Shown one piece after another: positions 42,238 through 56,728 of a stretch of 64,000 bases of DNA. Numbering within the stretch: position 1 is the stretch's first letter; the number at the start of each line of letters is the position of its first letter. The notes under the pieces are model-generated. The model had not been told where the DNA came from and ran no database searches. It was given only the letters and a program-made list of their open reading frames with translations. This stretch comes from Eledone cirrhosa (lineage: Eukaryota), in NCBI GenBank assembly GCA_964016885.1, contig OZ024750.1, forward strand, positions 11,532,001 to 11,596,000. The letters run 5' to 3'. A program made the translations under genes and the position numbers.

Positions 42238-42362
42238 ATCCCGGATTCAATCGGAGGTAACTACAGTAAGGTACTCAATATATAGCAGAGTATACATATT
42301 TAGTATAGAAGTGGTTTCTACGGGACTTCAATATTCTAGGAACTCATCATGATTTCCTTCAA

Positions 42363-42428
<66 letters not shown>

Positions 42429-42456
42429 AACAAAAGATGGTTAAAAGAGTTCCATG

Positions 42457-42527
42457 TATTTTATTATGCGCATTTCAAAAACAAATATCATCATGCAATA
42501 ATATTTGTGTTTTCATCAGATAAAACA
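42457..42527 (-). ncRNA. Type I hammerhead ribozyme, family D
   Basis: Near-identical to 37573-37643. Confidence 0.78.
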
Positions 42528-42749
42528 TGAAGACATGATATGAAGGTTAAAAAACACTTGTTATTGCATGATGATATTTGTTTTTGAAATGCGCATAATA
42601 AAATACATGGAACTCTTTTAACCATCTTGTGTTCTTATATATTATATATACTCCAGTCCTACAAACTGTAGAGTGCTTATTATCTGATATCTGCATTGCT
42701 TTATTGTACTACAATAAAACTCACCTCCTACATATATATATATATATAG

Positions 42750-43040
42750 TAATAATAATAAATTTGAAGACTAAAATCCAGTGAACGTTTCCCCGAACCA
42801 AAGTATCGTCTCCCTGTCTTCCTCCGGTTGCAACGTTTTTGAAATATTCACTTCTGCGTTCACAGATTGACTTTGTTAGTTTCAGAAGATCTCGTTAAGG
42901 GTGAAAGCAGCGATTCTTTGCTTAAACTTTAATCTATTATTTTAATAAATATTTGCTCTACGGTTCTTATATATTTGATATATATTTATCCTTATCGAGC
43001 CCTCTTTGGATTTTAGTCTTCAAATTTATTATTACTATAT
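42750..43040 (+). mobile_element. (TA)n-flanked element, family E, with terminal inverted repeat and degenerate hammerhead
   Basis: aataataaatttgaagactaaaatcca / tggattttagtcttcaaatttattatt; gttt-CaGAAGA-t-ctc..ggg-t-GAAA-gca..tgc-TT-aaac at 42879-42927. Confidence 0.6.
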
Positions 43041-44354
43041 ATATATGATGGCTGCCCCCTCGATATCGATTATGGCCATTGTACGTTATACCATTATTAA
43101 TAATTATTAATTAATTATATCGTGCAATGCCTGTGCGTGAAGATATTTTTTAAAGTGAGGAAAGACTGTGCACTGAGCCAATCCCACTCTCTGAGCCGCA
43201 GTAGCTATAACCCGAAAAGAAGAAAAGATCAACATCATTGGTAACTACTGAGCTGCAGGTTTTATATCGGAGTTATTCCAGTTTCCTGAGTTGCCTTCTA
43301 GAAGAATGCCCTGACAAAGGCTAGGGGTCCTTCACTCCTAGTGTTTTATCCGCGCGATCGGGTGTCCAGCCCGACCTTTTCTATGTCCCCGCGCATATAC
43401 ATACACATGCACCCATGCATATACGCATATACATACATATGTACATGTGTATATACATATTTACACACTTTTGGATGGCAGTTGACTCTTATGAGTTCTT
43501 CCGCCCTTTATCAGGTTTTGTTTTTTGTCCTGCAGGGTGTCCAAAATCACCCTCCTCGCCAAGTAAACTTCGTGGGGTTGCCGGTTTAGTCGCCGACGAC
43601 CCGACCATGTGACAGGTTGTACTGGGTTACATGTTACCTGTAGCACTCAAGAGTGACCCGACATATATACGTACATACACACACAATTTAATCCTGATCT
43701 AGTAGATCTATGATCAAAGACCTAACAGTTATGGTCTTACCATTTTCACTCAAGCATAGTGTATCTAGGAGTACATTACTTAATGTATTCCTTCATTTAT
43801 AAGACAGTTTAGAGAGTGATTTGAGAGAAATAGGTGAAATATGGCTGCCATTTCAAACAAATTCATTGACCTCATATAGACACATTCTTTGACTGATTTT
43901 TTTTTTAGGGGTTTTTTTTCTTCTCTGTATTGTTATAATGGAGGCAGTAATATAGAAACGATGTGATGTGTGATTTGTGTGTGATATTTGTTAGAAAAAG
44001 ACTGTAGTGTTAAAGAGATCATGGTCGTGTTGGAGATGAAGACGAAGTATTTGTATGTGGGGTGATGATAGAGTTGGAGATTAGCCACGAAGATAAGTTA
44101 TAAAGAGGGTTGGGAGGGTGTTATATCTAACAATGTCGTCTGGAATTTATCGTTAACAGTCAATGTTGTTCTGGTAAAAAATAAAATAAAATAATCATAA
44201 TAATAATAATGATAATAATAATGAAAAAAAACTTCTTGGTGTAATTGAAGAGAATTCCTTGGCCGAAATGGAAGTGAATTCAATAAGCAAGCATGAATAA
44301 ATAGATAGAACAACGGAATGTGCGTACTACACAGCGAAAAAGACAGTGTGTGTA

Positions 44355-44436
<82 letters not shown>

Positions 44437-45147
44437 CACTGGCCGTTCCTTTTAATAAGATATTGTTTTAGGGATAGTCTGGAACTGAAATATTCCACTT
44501 CCACCGAATTATTTTGCTAAACGAATTTATCAAATAACTAACTGAATATTAAGTAACTATCAAAAAAATGTTATCAAATAATTGCTAAATAGCCATATCT
44601 AATTGCCAGGGATCAAATCTACGCATCAACAACTTTATATATAGTTTCCTTACAACTGTGAGATGAAGACCCATTCAAATGTTTTAATCAATAATCAATA
44701 ATAAACTAGTTATTTAATCTTTGCCAGCCTTGAGTAAGTAGAATTGTGATCAAAGACATTCCGGCTGTGAGCAGCCGATTTTTTTTTTTTTTCAGACTAT
44801 GTCTAGACCTGCAATATCCAAGATGTCTTTTCCTTTTTAAGAGACGGTAAAGAGTATATTTGAAGGGCGTTTAGCTGCTATTTGTAGCAGGTTGTGCAAC
44901 TATGTAGAGGCTCCCGTGTTAGCTCGTAAAATAGATTATAGGTTAAAGTGATTGTCCATTGTTATCTGAACGTTCGCCTGCTGACATAGTTTAAGGTGTT
45001 TGCCATTAAATGTGAAAGATAACCTTAAATAACTAAACAAACATGACCTTAATAGTAGCTAGAATTACTTTTTAAATTAGAACTCATTAGTATTGGAAGA
45101 ACTTGGTCTATAGTTATCATACTAGTAAGACCAACGGGAGTAAGAGA

Positions 45148-45347
45148 CAGACCTGTCAACTATCCCCGTCCGACGGGGAGATCTCTCACCTACTTTGGGG
45201 TGGGTGAGAAATGTCTACTCTTGTGAAAATGGGTATAGCTTTCATTATGTAAAATCTCCCCAATTTTGCCTCATTTCTCCTCATTTTGAGGCACTTTTTT
45301 TTTTCATGGTACTCCCCCGTTTGGGTTTTTAGAGGTTGGCAGGTCTG
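45148..45347. mobile_element. MITE, 200 bp
   Basis: TIR cagacctgtcaac / gttggcaggtctg; no clean TSD. Confidence 0.65.
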
Positions 45348-45557
45348 AGGAGAGCCAGTTAGCAAGAGCCTACAACGTTGAGGGATCCTACTTGAAATAA
45401 GTTCTTGAAATAAATTATTCTGTTCCGCTACAGGGGCCTGACTCTCAGAAATATGACATGACATTAGGGGAAACCCTTTTTACTGGGGATTTTAATTAGC
45501 AATTCCTTTTCTCACTGAATGTAAACTCTGATGAATTTACGATTAATCTAGAGTTGT

Positions 45558-45795
45558 ACCAGGCTGAGTCATAAGTAACCGGACAGTCAATGTATTTATA
45601 TTGTAAGGTTCACAGATAACGTTTTGAACATCCACTTATTTGTGAGTGACCCCAGCATTGGTTATATATTTTAACTACTTTTGTTTGATGTGTTTATAAT
45701 TTCATAATTAATGACCAAAATTTTAGTAAGAAATATTACTTGGAATATAAATGTTGGGCTGTCGGGTTACTTGGTTATTTATGGCTCACCCAGTA
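45558..45795. mobile_element. Tc1/mariner-type MITE
   Basis: Imperfect TIRs ta-ccaggctgagtcataagtaacc / ggttatttatggctcacccag-ta. Confidence 0.6.
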
Positions 45796-46334
45796 TATTA
45801 ATTTGAAACACTTATAAAAACACGTTTGGCCTAAACTCTGATTAGTTTTGTTCATTCTCTAACGAACGCCATTTTGATTCTTATTTTTCATTCTTCTCTC
45901 TTAATCTCTCCAAGGAATATAGTTATAAATATATTATGTCTATCTTTGCAATTTAGATAATATATTTTTCTTTCTGGTTTAGATAATAAACTTCTTTTGT
46001 ATTTAAAAGCTGTATTGTGTTTGATTGGCGTCACTGGGAATAAATGCTCCTTGTTCTATTTTCATTAATTTTGTTTGCGTCCGTGCGTATGTGTCTATGT
46101 GTGTGTGTTTGTGTGTGTAAGAGAAAGAGAGCGAGAGAGAGAGTGAAGCTTAAGAAATGCTACTCGACTTCTCTCTCGCTCTCTAAGACACACCACACAC
46201 TTTATGTTATTACTGTTATCTACAACAACGCTTCTCTTGGTACTCCTGCCCAAGATCTGGAGAGTGAGATTTTCCCTGCTTAACAGAACCACAATAAATG
46301 TGTACAGATGTACAGAATGGGAATAGAGGAACTA

Positions 46335-46545
46335 TTGGAAAGAAGTATTGGTCGCTTTCCGATATAGGCTTATCGTTGAACCTGTAGCGTTTTGGGTCCT
46401 CGAACCATCTCACTACTCGTTGCTATTGTGACGGAGTTGACCACTCATAGGAGTAAGCCTCGCGAATTGAAATGGTTCTTTCAAGATGTATCTCTCGTCA
46501 TCCTCCAGAGTAAAGCTTTATCTATTCTCTTCACTGGGACCACGA
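46335..46545 (+). mobile_element. CRE-clade 3' remnant
   Basis: KKYWSLSD..RLIVEPVA...KPRELKWFFQDVSLVILQSKALSILFTG. Confidence 0.7.
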
Positions 46546-46672
46546 GGCGACATCTGCTTTAGGCCCTAAAGTTTAGGGTTTCGTTACTTCCGAGAGGCAG
46601 AGTGAACGGACGTTGGTTCGGTGACAATCTTTCACAGCCTGGTTTCGTGTGGTTTACCATTGGCAGTTACAA

Positions 46673-46728
<56 letters not shown>

Positions 46729-46732
46729 TAAT

Positions 46733-46985
46733 GTCTTAGTGGTTAGAGCATTGGGCTTGCAATGCAATCGAAAGGTTGTGAGTTCAATTCTCAGGCCTGG
46801 TGATGTGTTGTTTCCTTGAGCAAGGCACTTTATTTCACGTTGCTCCAGTTTACTCAGCTGTAGAAATGAGATGATAGGACTGGGGTCCCTATCATTAAAT
46901 CACCCAAGACACCTCCAACGAGCTATACCTTGGTAGGGGCCAGCTAAACCTGCATAGGTGTGAGCTGTAACAACAACAACAACGT
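46733..46985 (+). mobile_element. tRNA-derived SINE (type 2)
   Basis: Near-identical to 8410-8660. Confidence 0.82.
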
Positions 46986-47362
46986 CTCATATATGTGTAT
47001 CTAGGCAGGAAACTTTAGTTTACATAGATGACGAATGTCTTGGAAATGTTGTGATTAACAAGAGATTAACTTATCCAATAGAGTAACTAGGGTGTGGGAG
47101 AGGGAGTGGTTCACCTTGGGTCATAGTTTTATGGAGGAGGGGTAGTTTAAAAGGCAGTCACTGTGTACTGTGTTGCATTTAGGGGCCGGGATGTAGTAGA
47201 CGGTAAAATTAAGGGTTGTCCTGGACGGTACACACCCCAGTTACGCGATTCAACCTATCAGTCACTTTTAATTAAATTAAAACTATAATCAATTAAATCT
47301 ATACTAAATATATTACTGAAATTCATTATATTCAGCCTGACACACACATATATATGTGTGTG

Positions 47363-47647
47363 CAAGGGCCTTGTTTCAGGGGGGTACCAGGGGACAAGTC
47401 CCCCACCCCCACCCACACTTTTCCTAACGTCTGTTTTATTTTTTGTTTATTTGATATAATAAATTATTTTTAAGCTTATTTTTTTATATCTGAACTTCAT
47501 TTGAATATATAAAATTTAATTAGCGTAAAATTTTACTTATGTGATAGGGTCCGGGAAAGGGACCTTAAGCAATACTAATATGCTCCTTTAAGAATCAACA
47601 AATGTTGGTTTGTTCCCCCCACATTTTTAAGGCAAACGAGGCCCCTG
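47363..47647. mobile_element. MITE inserted in (TG)n
   Basis: Second copy of 25869-26160. Confidence 0.8.
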
Positions 47648-47914
47648 TGTGTGTGTGTGTGTTGATCCCGAGTAGAATCGGGGTAATCACAGTAAATAAG
47701 GTACTCAATGCATAAGTAGAGTGAGAACAATGAAGATTTAATATAGAAAAAGCTTCTACAGGACTAGAACTGTTTCATTCGTATGAAATTATCAGGAGTT
47801 AGTGAACAATCGTATCGTTTGTTACAGTTTTCCAACAGACCACTGAGTCGTCACATTTCAAGTCATGACATAAGATAGACATTATGAAATACCATTGTTA
47901 AACATATAGTTTAA

Positions 47915-48785
47915 CTCTCTAACTTGTCTTCCACCATCCTATTATACTCTCTAACTTGTCTTCCACCCTGTTATACTCTCAAACCTGTCTTCCATCACCC
48001 TATTATACTCTCGAGCTTGTCTTCCACCATCTTATACTCTCTAGTTTGTTTTCCACCATCTTATACTCTCTAGTTTGTTTTCCACCACCCTGTTATACTC
48101 TCTAACCTGTCTTCCACCATCCTATTAAACTTTCTAACCTGTCTTCCACCATCCTGTTATACTCTCTAACCTGTCTTCCACCATCCTATTATACTCTCTA
48201 ACCTGTCTTCCACCATCCTGTTATACTCTCTAACCTGCCTTCCACCATCCTATTATACTCTCTAACTTGTCTTCCACCATCCTATTATACTCTCTAACTT
48301 GTCTTCCACCATCCTATTATACTCTCTAACTTGTCTTCCACCATCCTATTATACTCTCTAACCTGTCTTACTATTATACTCTCTAACCTGTCTTTCACCA
48401 TCCTATTATACTCTCTAACCTGCCTTCCACCATCCTATTATACTCTCTAACTTGTCTTCCACCATCCTATTATACTCTCTAACTTGTCTTCCACCATCCT
48501 ATTATACTCTCTAACCTGTCTTACTATTATACTCTCTAACCTGTCTTTCACCATCCTATTATACTCTCTAACCTGTCTACCACCATCCTATTATACTCTC
48601 TAACCTGCCTTCCACCATCCTATTATACTCTCTAACCTGTCTTCCACCATCCTATTATACTCTCTAACCTGTCTTCCACCATCCTATTATACTCTCTAAC
48701 TTGTCTTCCACCATCCTATTATACTCTCTAACCTGCCTTCCACCATCCTATTATACTCTCTAACTTGTCTTCCACCACCCTTTAT
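47915..48785. repeat. Minisatellite, ~32-bp unit x ~27
   Basis: tatactctctaacctgtcttccaccatcctat. Confidence 0.92.
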
Positions 48786-49054
48786 ACATCAAACAACACA
48801 TCCAAAATATAACTGCTTATATTATGAAATAATTACAATTATTACAAGATTGGTTTGACAAATATAATCATATATAATGTCCATACATATATCACCATTG
48901 AAACTGGAGCTAAGTACCTTATTAGCTTGACGATATTTTGGGTAACAATTATTAATTTATGCAGCATGCTACTGATCTAGGCTTTTTTAGATCTCTTTCA
49001 GTCAGATTTCTGTCTCCTCTTTGTTATTCCATTATTAATAGTCAGTTAGAGAGA

Positions 49055-49278
49055 AGGTGGTGAATTGGTAGTGTCGGTAGAGAGCCGGACGCCATGCTTT
49101 ACATCATAGAGTTACGGCCCTTTGCGTTCTGAGTTCAAATCCCGCCGAGGTTAACTTTGCCTTTCATCCTTACCGGGTCGATAAAATAAAGTACCAGTAA
49201 TGTACTGGGGTCGATTTAATCGACTTTGGCTTCTCCACAAATTGTTGGCCTTGTGCCTAAATCAGAAACCTTTATTAA
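49055..49278 (+). mobile_element. Meta-domain SINE (type 1)
   Basis: Consensus match. Confidence 0.87.
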
Positions 49279-49784
49279 TAACCATTTCAGCAGAAATTCA
49301 GTAAAAGACTGCTGTACTTCATTGCTACCTTTGGTTCCATGGTAGTCTGGCACTGACCAGCTGGTTGGTCTCACCTAAGATAGTGGTAACATTTAGATAA
49401 CATCTACCATTAATAGCAGGGCTGGGGGCTAGAGAACAGATACTAGGTGATCGTGATGATGATGATGATGATGAGGATGGTGGTGGTGATGAGGATGATG
49501 GTGACGGTGGTGAGCATGCTGATGATGATGATGATGGTGGTGGTAATGATGATGATGATGATTGGTCTCATCAGAACAAGAATTGATAAGGAACAGAAGT
49601 GGTGGGAAGCAGCAAATATGATAAACATCACCTGGACAGTAACTGTGTGTGTTGAACTCGAGAGAAGCAGCTTCAATGGAACAATTCCGAACCCTTCACT
49701 GTAGTAAGCAGTCCAATGTAGAGCCAGGTTAAGTCCTTTGAGGCCCTTAAAAGAATATCATGCCCCCCCCCCCCCATATATATA

Positions 49785-50155
49785 GGCTCATGGCCTAGTG
49801 CTAAGGATGCTGGACTTACAATCATAACGTCGAGGATTCCATTCCTGGGCTGGGTTGTGTTCTTGAGCAAAACACTTCATTTCACGTTGCTCCAGTATAT
49901 ACTCAAGCTAAAAGTGAGTACCTTCAATAGTTAGGGAGTTAACCCTGAGAGGGAGTGGCTTCCTGTCCAGGAGGGAGTCTTGTACTTTTCAGCCACTTCA
50001 TGCCACAGAAACTGGGATAAGTACCGGCCTGATGAGCTTCCGGGCTCGAAACGGTTGCTTCTAACAGGACCTTGCTGGAAGGAGTGTTTGAGGGGTCTGC
50101 CTCCACAACCCCTTTTCAGGAATAAGTGGGTAAAGTAGTAGTAGTAGTAGTAGTA
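49785..50155 (+). mobile_element. tRNA-derived SINE with a V-domain-like middle and an RTE-derived 3' tail
   Basis: tggcctagtgctaagg head; cctgtccagg..ctgggataagtaccggcctgatgag; tail similar to 19212-19275; ends in (GTA)n. Confidence 0.7.
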
Positions 50156-50624
50156 GGAGGAGGAGAAGATTTGAGTTAAATATATTGTAGACATAGTGTT
50201 ACACATAAACACTTGATATAAACCTCTTTAAGGGTACATATGGGTGTAGTGTGAAAATAAATGACGAAATAAAAAACAGGAAATCAGCAACATATGTAGT
50301 AGCTTGGTGCGATTAAACAGGGTAAATCAATATATCATGTAAATATTGAATTGCTAAAATGTTTGACGTTGTTTATGCGGGACATAAACAAAATGAACCA
50401 TTTGATTAAGTAGTTTCAATAAAAAAAACATGGACACACGCATGCACACATAGGCACGCGCATGCATGCATGCATATACGTGACATGCCTGCACACACAC
50501 ACTGTGGGCTGGGTGTTTTTTGTCTTGTCACCAACATGACCATTTTACAGTGTGGGCTGGGAACTTTTCGTCACCATAATATATATATGTGTGTGTGATT
50601 GTATGTATATACACTCACACACAT

Positions 50625-50671
<47 letters not shown>

Positions 50672-51449
50672 TTCATACATCATCATCATCATCATCATCA
50701 TCGTTTAACGTCCATGTTCCACGCTTGCATGTTCCCGTATGAGCAAGACAAGGTCTCTCGACTTCACATTGTCGACAACAGGACAACCCGTCTAACTTAT
50801 GCTAGCATGGAAGAATGGACGTAAAACGGTGATGATGATAATATATATATATATATACTTATATATATATATATATATATACATACAACATACACATATA
50901 TATATATATATACACACATACATCATACACACCCATACATACACACCCATGTGTAGCAGAGCGTCTCACAGAATAAAAAAAAATATTTTTAAAATCCTGA
51001 AACAGAACAGGAAAATAAATATTTAATTCTCAGTAATAATATTTCTCATGCAATAAATATCAGAAGGTTTTTATTAGCTAAGTGACTACTTCTGTTTTTG
51101 TATTGTCTAGTGGCCTAGCTGGCTTTAAACTAATTAAAACATAAAATATTGTACTTCTGATGTAACGAAGGAAATAAGACATAATGATTGCTAATTAATA
51201 CAGAAATTAATAAATAAAATGCAATTAATGAGATTGGATTGCTTACAACTAAACACCCTAGCAACTACTACCAGAGTTAAAGTGGATGCATCTATGTAAT
51301 GCGTTGTGCTAGAAATAGCCGTCAAATCTGTAAATCACACCCTACTGTCCTAAATGAATGTAGACAGTGTAGTATTTCTTATGCAGTTAAAGTTAAAATT
51401 AAAATCTGACTGAAGCTTTGAGGTTCATTAGGTCAGAGCTTATTTGAGT

Positions 51450-51855
51450 TTAACCCTTTAGTTAGCAAACTGGCCCCAAACCAGATCTGGTTCTATGAAA
51501 TACAACCACCCATTTTAACCCTTTAGTTAGCAAACTGGCCCCAAACCAGATCTGGTTCTATGAAATACAACCACCCATTTTAACCCTTTAGTTACCAACC
51601 TGGCCAAAACCAGCTCTGGTATTATGAAATACAACCACCCATTTTAACCCTTTAATTACCAGCCTGGCCCAAAACCAGCTCTGGTTCTATGAAATAAAAG
51701 CACCCATTAAAACCCTTTAATTACCAGCCTGGCCCAAAACCAGCTCTGGTTCTATGAAATAAAAGCACCCATTAAAACCCTTTAATTACAAGCCTGGCCC
51801 AAAACCAACTCTGGTTCTATGAAATAAAAGCACCCATTAAAACCCTTTAGTTAAT
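51450..51855 (+). repeat. Minisatellite, 65-bp unit x ~6, starting TTAACCCTTT
   Basis: ttaacccttta at 51450, 51515, 51580 and onward. Confidence 0.9.
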
Positions 51856-51937
51856 CAACCAAATCAGGTTGCTACCAGCTGAGCCAAGCAGTTACCGGCT
51901 AAATTAGGTACATCAGCAGCAAGAAGTGATACTTGAA

Positions 51938-52131
51938 ATAATTGTTTCTACTTTTGGAACAAGGCCAGCAATTATCCCAGTGTATTACTAGTACTTTATT
52001 TTATTGACCCCGTAAGGATGAAAGGCAAAGTTAACCTCGGCGAGATTTGAACTCAGACCATAAAAGAGCCGTAACTCTTTGCTGCAAAGCATGGTGTCCG
52101 ACCCTCTACCGATACTGCCAATCCACTGCCC
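51938..52131 (-). mobile_element. Meta-domain SINE (type 1) with TSD
   Basis: Flanked by tgatactt(g/a)aaataat. Confidence 0.88.
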
Positions 52132-52499
52132 TTGATACTTAAAATAATATAGATTCAACTGTGGATTGAAACCATATCCTAGAGTCAGGTAACTTCTAGT
52201 TTATCACTCAACTCAACAGTGACCATCACAGAAAAGGAATCTTATACAGAATATAATTATTAAAACAAGAAACTGAGCAAATTAAAGGAAGTGAATGGAT
52301 GCCATAAGGTTTAGGAATCACAAAGACTCCCCTTATCAGAGATACTCCAGCATTAGAAAACATAGTAGGAACTTTGTGTGACATTCCATAAATTTATAGA
52401 ATGTAACTTTTGTTTTAAATCTACATTTTATATTCAACTTCCCAACATAAAACTAAGATAAATGTCGCTCCCATTTCCTCTACTGTTTGGTAAAGTTCT

Positions 52500-52715
52500 T
52501 AGCGTTGTTGTTGTTGTTCTAGGTCAACTTTGATTGAGAAGATCTACGAGCAAAGGCAATCCAACCATGACCATCCCGTCTTTTTAGAGTTATCTATGAC
52601 TACATTGTCGAATGTGTCTTCTTACTTATCTATGATAGTAAGAAGTTTTGATCTGAGGGAGATTTCACTGCTATTTTTAGCATATTCAGTAACCACTTAG
52701 ATGCTCCTTCATTAG
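52500..52715 (+). mobile_element. Old dispersed repeat (probably SINE-like)
   Basis: caaagrcattccarccatgaccatcccgtc..gatttggctgctatttctagc motif, also at ~50-230, 3190-3330, 40520-40810, 43690-43880, 44720-44920. Confidence 0.6.
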
Positions 52716-53263
52716 CTTGTCTTTGTTGCAATTGTTGTTGTTGCAGCTATTCCTTGTTGTACTTTGGTCACTAGAAGCATTGATCTTAGTCTCTACATGT
52801 CATATATAAATATATGTATATATATATATTATTAAAATAACAGATTAAAGTTTAAGCAAAGAATTGGCCTGATTTGCATATCAGTCAGATATGCATATTA
52901 GCAGATCCACTGATCAGCCAGATTTGCATATCAGCAGATCCACTGATCAGCCAGATTTGCATATCAGCAGACTGGCCAGTCAGTTTCCTGTATACAAGCG
53001 ATAAATGGCCAGCTTTGCCAAATTCAAATAAAAAAGAAAATTTTCGCTCTACATGGCTGAATACAATAAATGTAATCTGAGTTTTTCGAATATTAATAAT
53101 AACATTCGATTCGTTTGCAATTATGCAAACAAGCCTCAATTTTATAGCCATGTCAGTAGAATGGACCCTTCATTCTTGCTCTTGTGTTGGGATATATATA
53201 TATACATACATACTATATATACATACATACAACGGACGTAAAACGGTGATGATGATGATATAC

Positions 53264-53324
<61 letters not shown>

Positions 53325-54154
53325 TATATATGAGAGGGGGGGGTGAGGATATATACGCCTACACACACACACTCATACATCCTACATACACTTACACACA
53401 CATACATCCCATAGTGTTTGTGTGAAGTTTGAACATCCAGACATCCAGGGTGTAACATTTATAGTAAGAATTCTAACACCACTCAACTCTACATATTAAT
53501 ATTGTTGTGGTGGTGATGGTGGTGGCGGTGGATATGGTGATGGTAGTGGTGATGGTGGTAATGGGGGGGGGGGGGGGGTAGCGGTGGTGGTAGTCGTGGT
53601 GGTGATGGTGGTGGTGGTGGTGATGGTGGTGGTGGTAGTCATGGCAGTGGTGGTAGTGATGGTGGTGGTAATGGGGGTGGGGGTGGGGGGTAGCGGTGGT
53701 GGTAGTCGTGGTGGTGGTGGTGGTAGTAGTGGTGGTGGTGGTAGTGGTGATGGTGGTGGTAGTGGTGGTGGTGGTAGTGGTGGTGGTAGTCATGGCAGTG
53801 GTGGTAGTAGTGGTGGTGATGGTGGTGGTGGTAGTCGTGGCAGTGGTGGTGGTGGTAATGGTGGTGGTGGTGGTGGTGGTAGTTGTGGCAGTGGTGGTGG
53901 TGGTAATGGTGGTGGTGGTCGTCGTGGCAGTGGTGGTTGTGGAACTGGTGGTGGTGATGGTGGTAATGGTGGTGTTGGTGGTGGTCATTGTCGTTAGCCT
54001 TCTTTTCTTCTTTTTTTTCTTTTCTTATTCATTTTATCTTATTTTCTTCTTCTTCTTCATCTTCTTCTTCATCTTCTTCTTCTCCTAATAATTTCTTACA
54101 TAACCACAATATTAAAAATCTAGTCAGTTGTGTTTAGTCAATTAAATCAGCCTC

Positions 54155-54306
54155 ATTACATTACTGGTACTTTATTTTATCAACCCCATGTAAGGATGAA
54201 AGGCAAAGCTAACCTCTGGGATTTAAACTCAGAACATAACAAACCATAACTAAATACCACAAAGCATATTGCCCGACACCCTCGCAATCCTGCCAATCCC
54301 CCGCCC
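54155..54306 (-). mobile_element. Meta-domain SINE, diverged
   Basis: Consensus match. Confidence 0.75.
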
Positions 54307-54423
54307 TTGTTGTTGTTGTTGTTATGGTTATTATTTTAATTATTATTATTGTTACGCAGAAAGAATAACAAAGTACACAATTTGAAATCATTGACCCAAA
54401 AACTTTTAGAATTTTGAGGGGAA

Positions 54424-54471
<48 letters not shown>

Positions 54472-55585
54472 AATACAAATATATATATATTATAAATATA
54501 TATATATAATAAATACAAATATATATATATAATAAATATATATATAATATATATATATAAATAATATATATATATATAATATATATATATATATATAATA
54601 TATATATATATATAATATATATATATATATAATATATATATATATATAATATATATATATATATAAATAATATATATATATAAATAATATATATATATTA
54701 TATATATATAATATATATATATAAATAATATATATATAAATAATATATATATATAAATAATATATATATAAATAATATATATATATATATAATATATATA
54801 TAATATATATATATATATAAATAATATATATATGTATGTATATAAAATACACATAATTGTGTATGCATGCAAGTGTGTGTGTGTATTATACAAGATTGTG
54901 CATGAGTACAACAATAATATGTGTGTGAAAGTCAGTGCATGTACACGCACACAGCCATACACACACACACAGCCATACACACACACACAGCCATATACAG
55001 CCATACACACACACACAGCCATACACACAGCCACACACATACACACAGCCACACAGACACACACAGCCATACACACATATGCATAGAGCAATGTATTTAT
55101 GTATTTATGCATATACTGGTGTATATATGTGTGTAGGTGCACTGACTTATATATATAATAAGGGTTGACGGACCCAGCATATTTATCAATGCCAGTACCG
55201 GTTGTATCTCAGTGCACTCAATGGGCAATGTAAGATACATTACCAGAGTATACACATAGTTATTTGCCTCAACACAACACACGTAAATCGGGTGCCTATA
55301 AGGTTCCCGGACTCGAGTTTCTGCTGCACTAATGCAGCAGTAAGGTGCACTGCACCATCTGTCTGCATATGTTATGCAACAATGCACAATCGGCTTATGC
55401 GGCTTCATCAGCGGGTATCGCCTAATCAATAACCAATCGATCGACAGAATCCAAACACCAGCCCATGCCGGTCATGACTGTTTGTGACAATATATATACA
55501 CCATTTGCGTACAATCCCTTACCCATATGATTCACACACACATACACACACACATTGTAGCATATTTATGTATGGAGATGGGTGC

Positions 55586-55637
<52 letters not shown>

Positions 55638-55679
55638 ATAAGTGTGTACTTGGCTGCAGACTTGTGTATGCGTTTGTGT

Positions 55680-56102
55680 ATGTAAGGGTGTATTTCGAGG
55701 CAGATTTGTGTATGTTTATGTGTGTATGAGTATGTATGTAAGGGTGTATTTTGGGGCAGTCTTATGTATATGTTTATGCATGTCGGAGCATGTATGTAAG
55801 GGTGTATTTCAGAGCAGACCTGTGCTTGTGTGTGTATATGTATGTAAGGGTATATTTGGAGGCAGTCTTGAGTATGTGTTTATGTGTGTATGTGTATATA
55901 TGTAAGGGATATATTTGGGAGCAGACATGAGTATGTGTTTATGTGTATATATATGTAAGAGGCATATTTGGAAGCAGACGTGAGTATGTGTTTATATATG
56001 TATGTGTATATATGTAAGAGGTATATTAGGAAGCAGACTTGAGTATGTGTTTATGTGCCTGTGTATATATGTAAGGGCATATTTGGAGGCAGACTTGAGT
56101 AT
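55680..56102. repeat. Degenerate minisatellite, ~58-bp unit
   Basis: atgtaagggtrtatttggrrgcagac recurs. Confidence 0.8.
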
Positions 56103-56585
56103 GCATGGGTAAGGAGATGTACTTGAATGCTGGTTTGTTTATCTAAGGAATAACTTTTGACAATTTTTATAGAGACATCAGGAAGTGATATCTTATGTTT
56201 GAACGAACTACTAAGAGAAATAATGTAACAATTTTAGTGGGCAGTAGGGTAGGGAGATCAGTGTGTTACCCTTCTTTTAATCTCATTTCAAATAAGAAAT
56301 ATCTTTTAAAAAATTAAATTACAACCAGCTTATTCATACACCAATCTAGTTAGCTTCAGTTTCTAACCATTTGTTACCATATTTCTAGTGAAGGACACTG
56401 TCTATCATTTCTTAACCCTTTCCTGGTCACATTTCTAAAGAAATACATTCTATTCTAATTAATTAATGAAGAATTTCGAGGAATTTACTAAAATAATTAA
56501 TTATTTCACAGCTCTAGCATCACTTTCATAGTCAGCCTATAAACTTGTCAGGTGACCTTTGTAAAACCAACAACTTTGTATAACA

Positions 56586-56728
56586 ATAATTGTTTCTAGT
56601 TTTGGCACAAGGCCAGCAATTACCCAGTGCATTACTGGTACTTTATTTTATCGACCCCGTAAGGATGAAAGGCAAAGTTAACCTCGGCGGGATTTGAACT
56701 CAGAATGGCAAGGGCCGTAACTCTATGC
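56586..56728 (-). mobile_element. Meta-domain SINE (type 1), 5'-truncated
   Basis: Consensus match. Confidence 0.85.

Noticed and set aside
47915-48785. 32-bp repeats as a CRISPR array
   Set aside because: Head-to-tail units without unique spacers, in a eukaryotic context with no cas genes
50028-50055. ctgatgagc..gctcgaaac as a hammerhead
   Set aside because: Stem II is out of register with the core, there is no stem I or III, and it is part of a SINE body; the relative at ~8347 lacks GAAA
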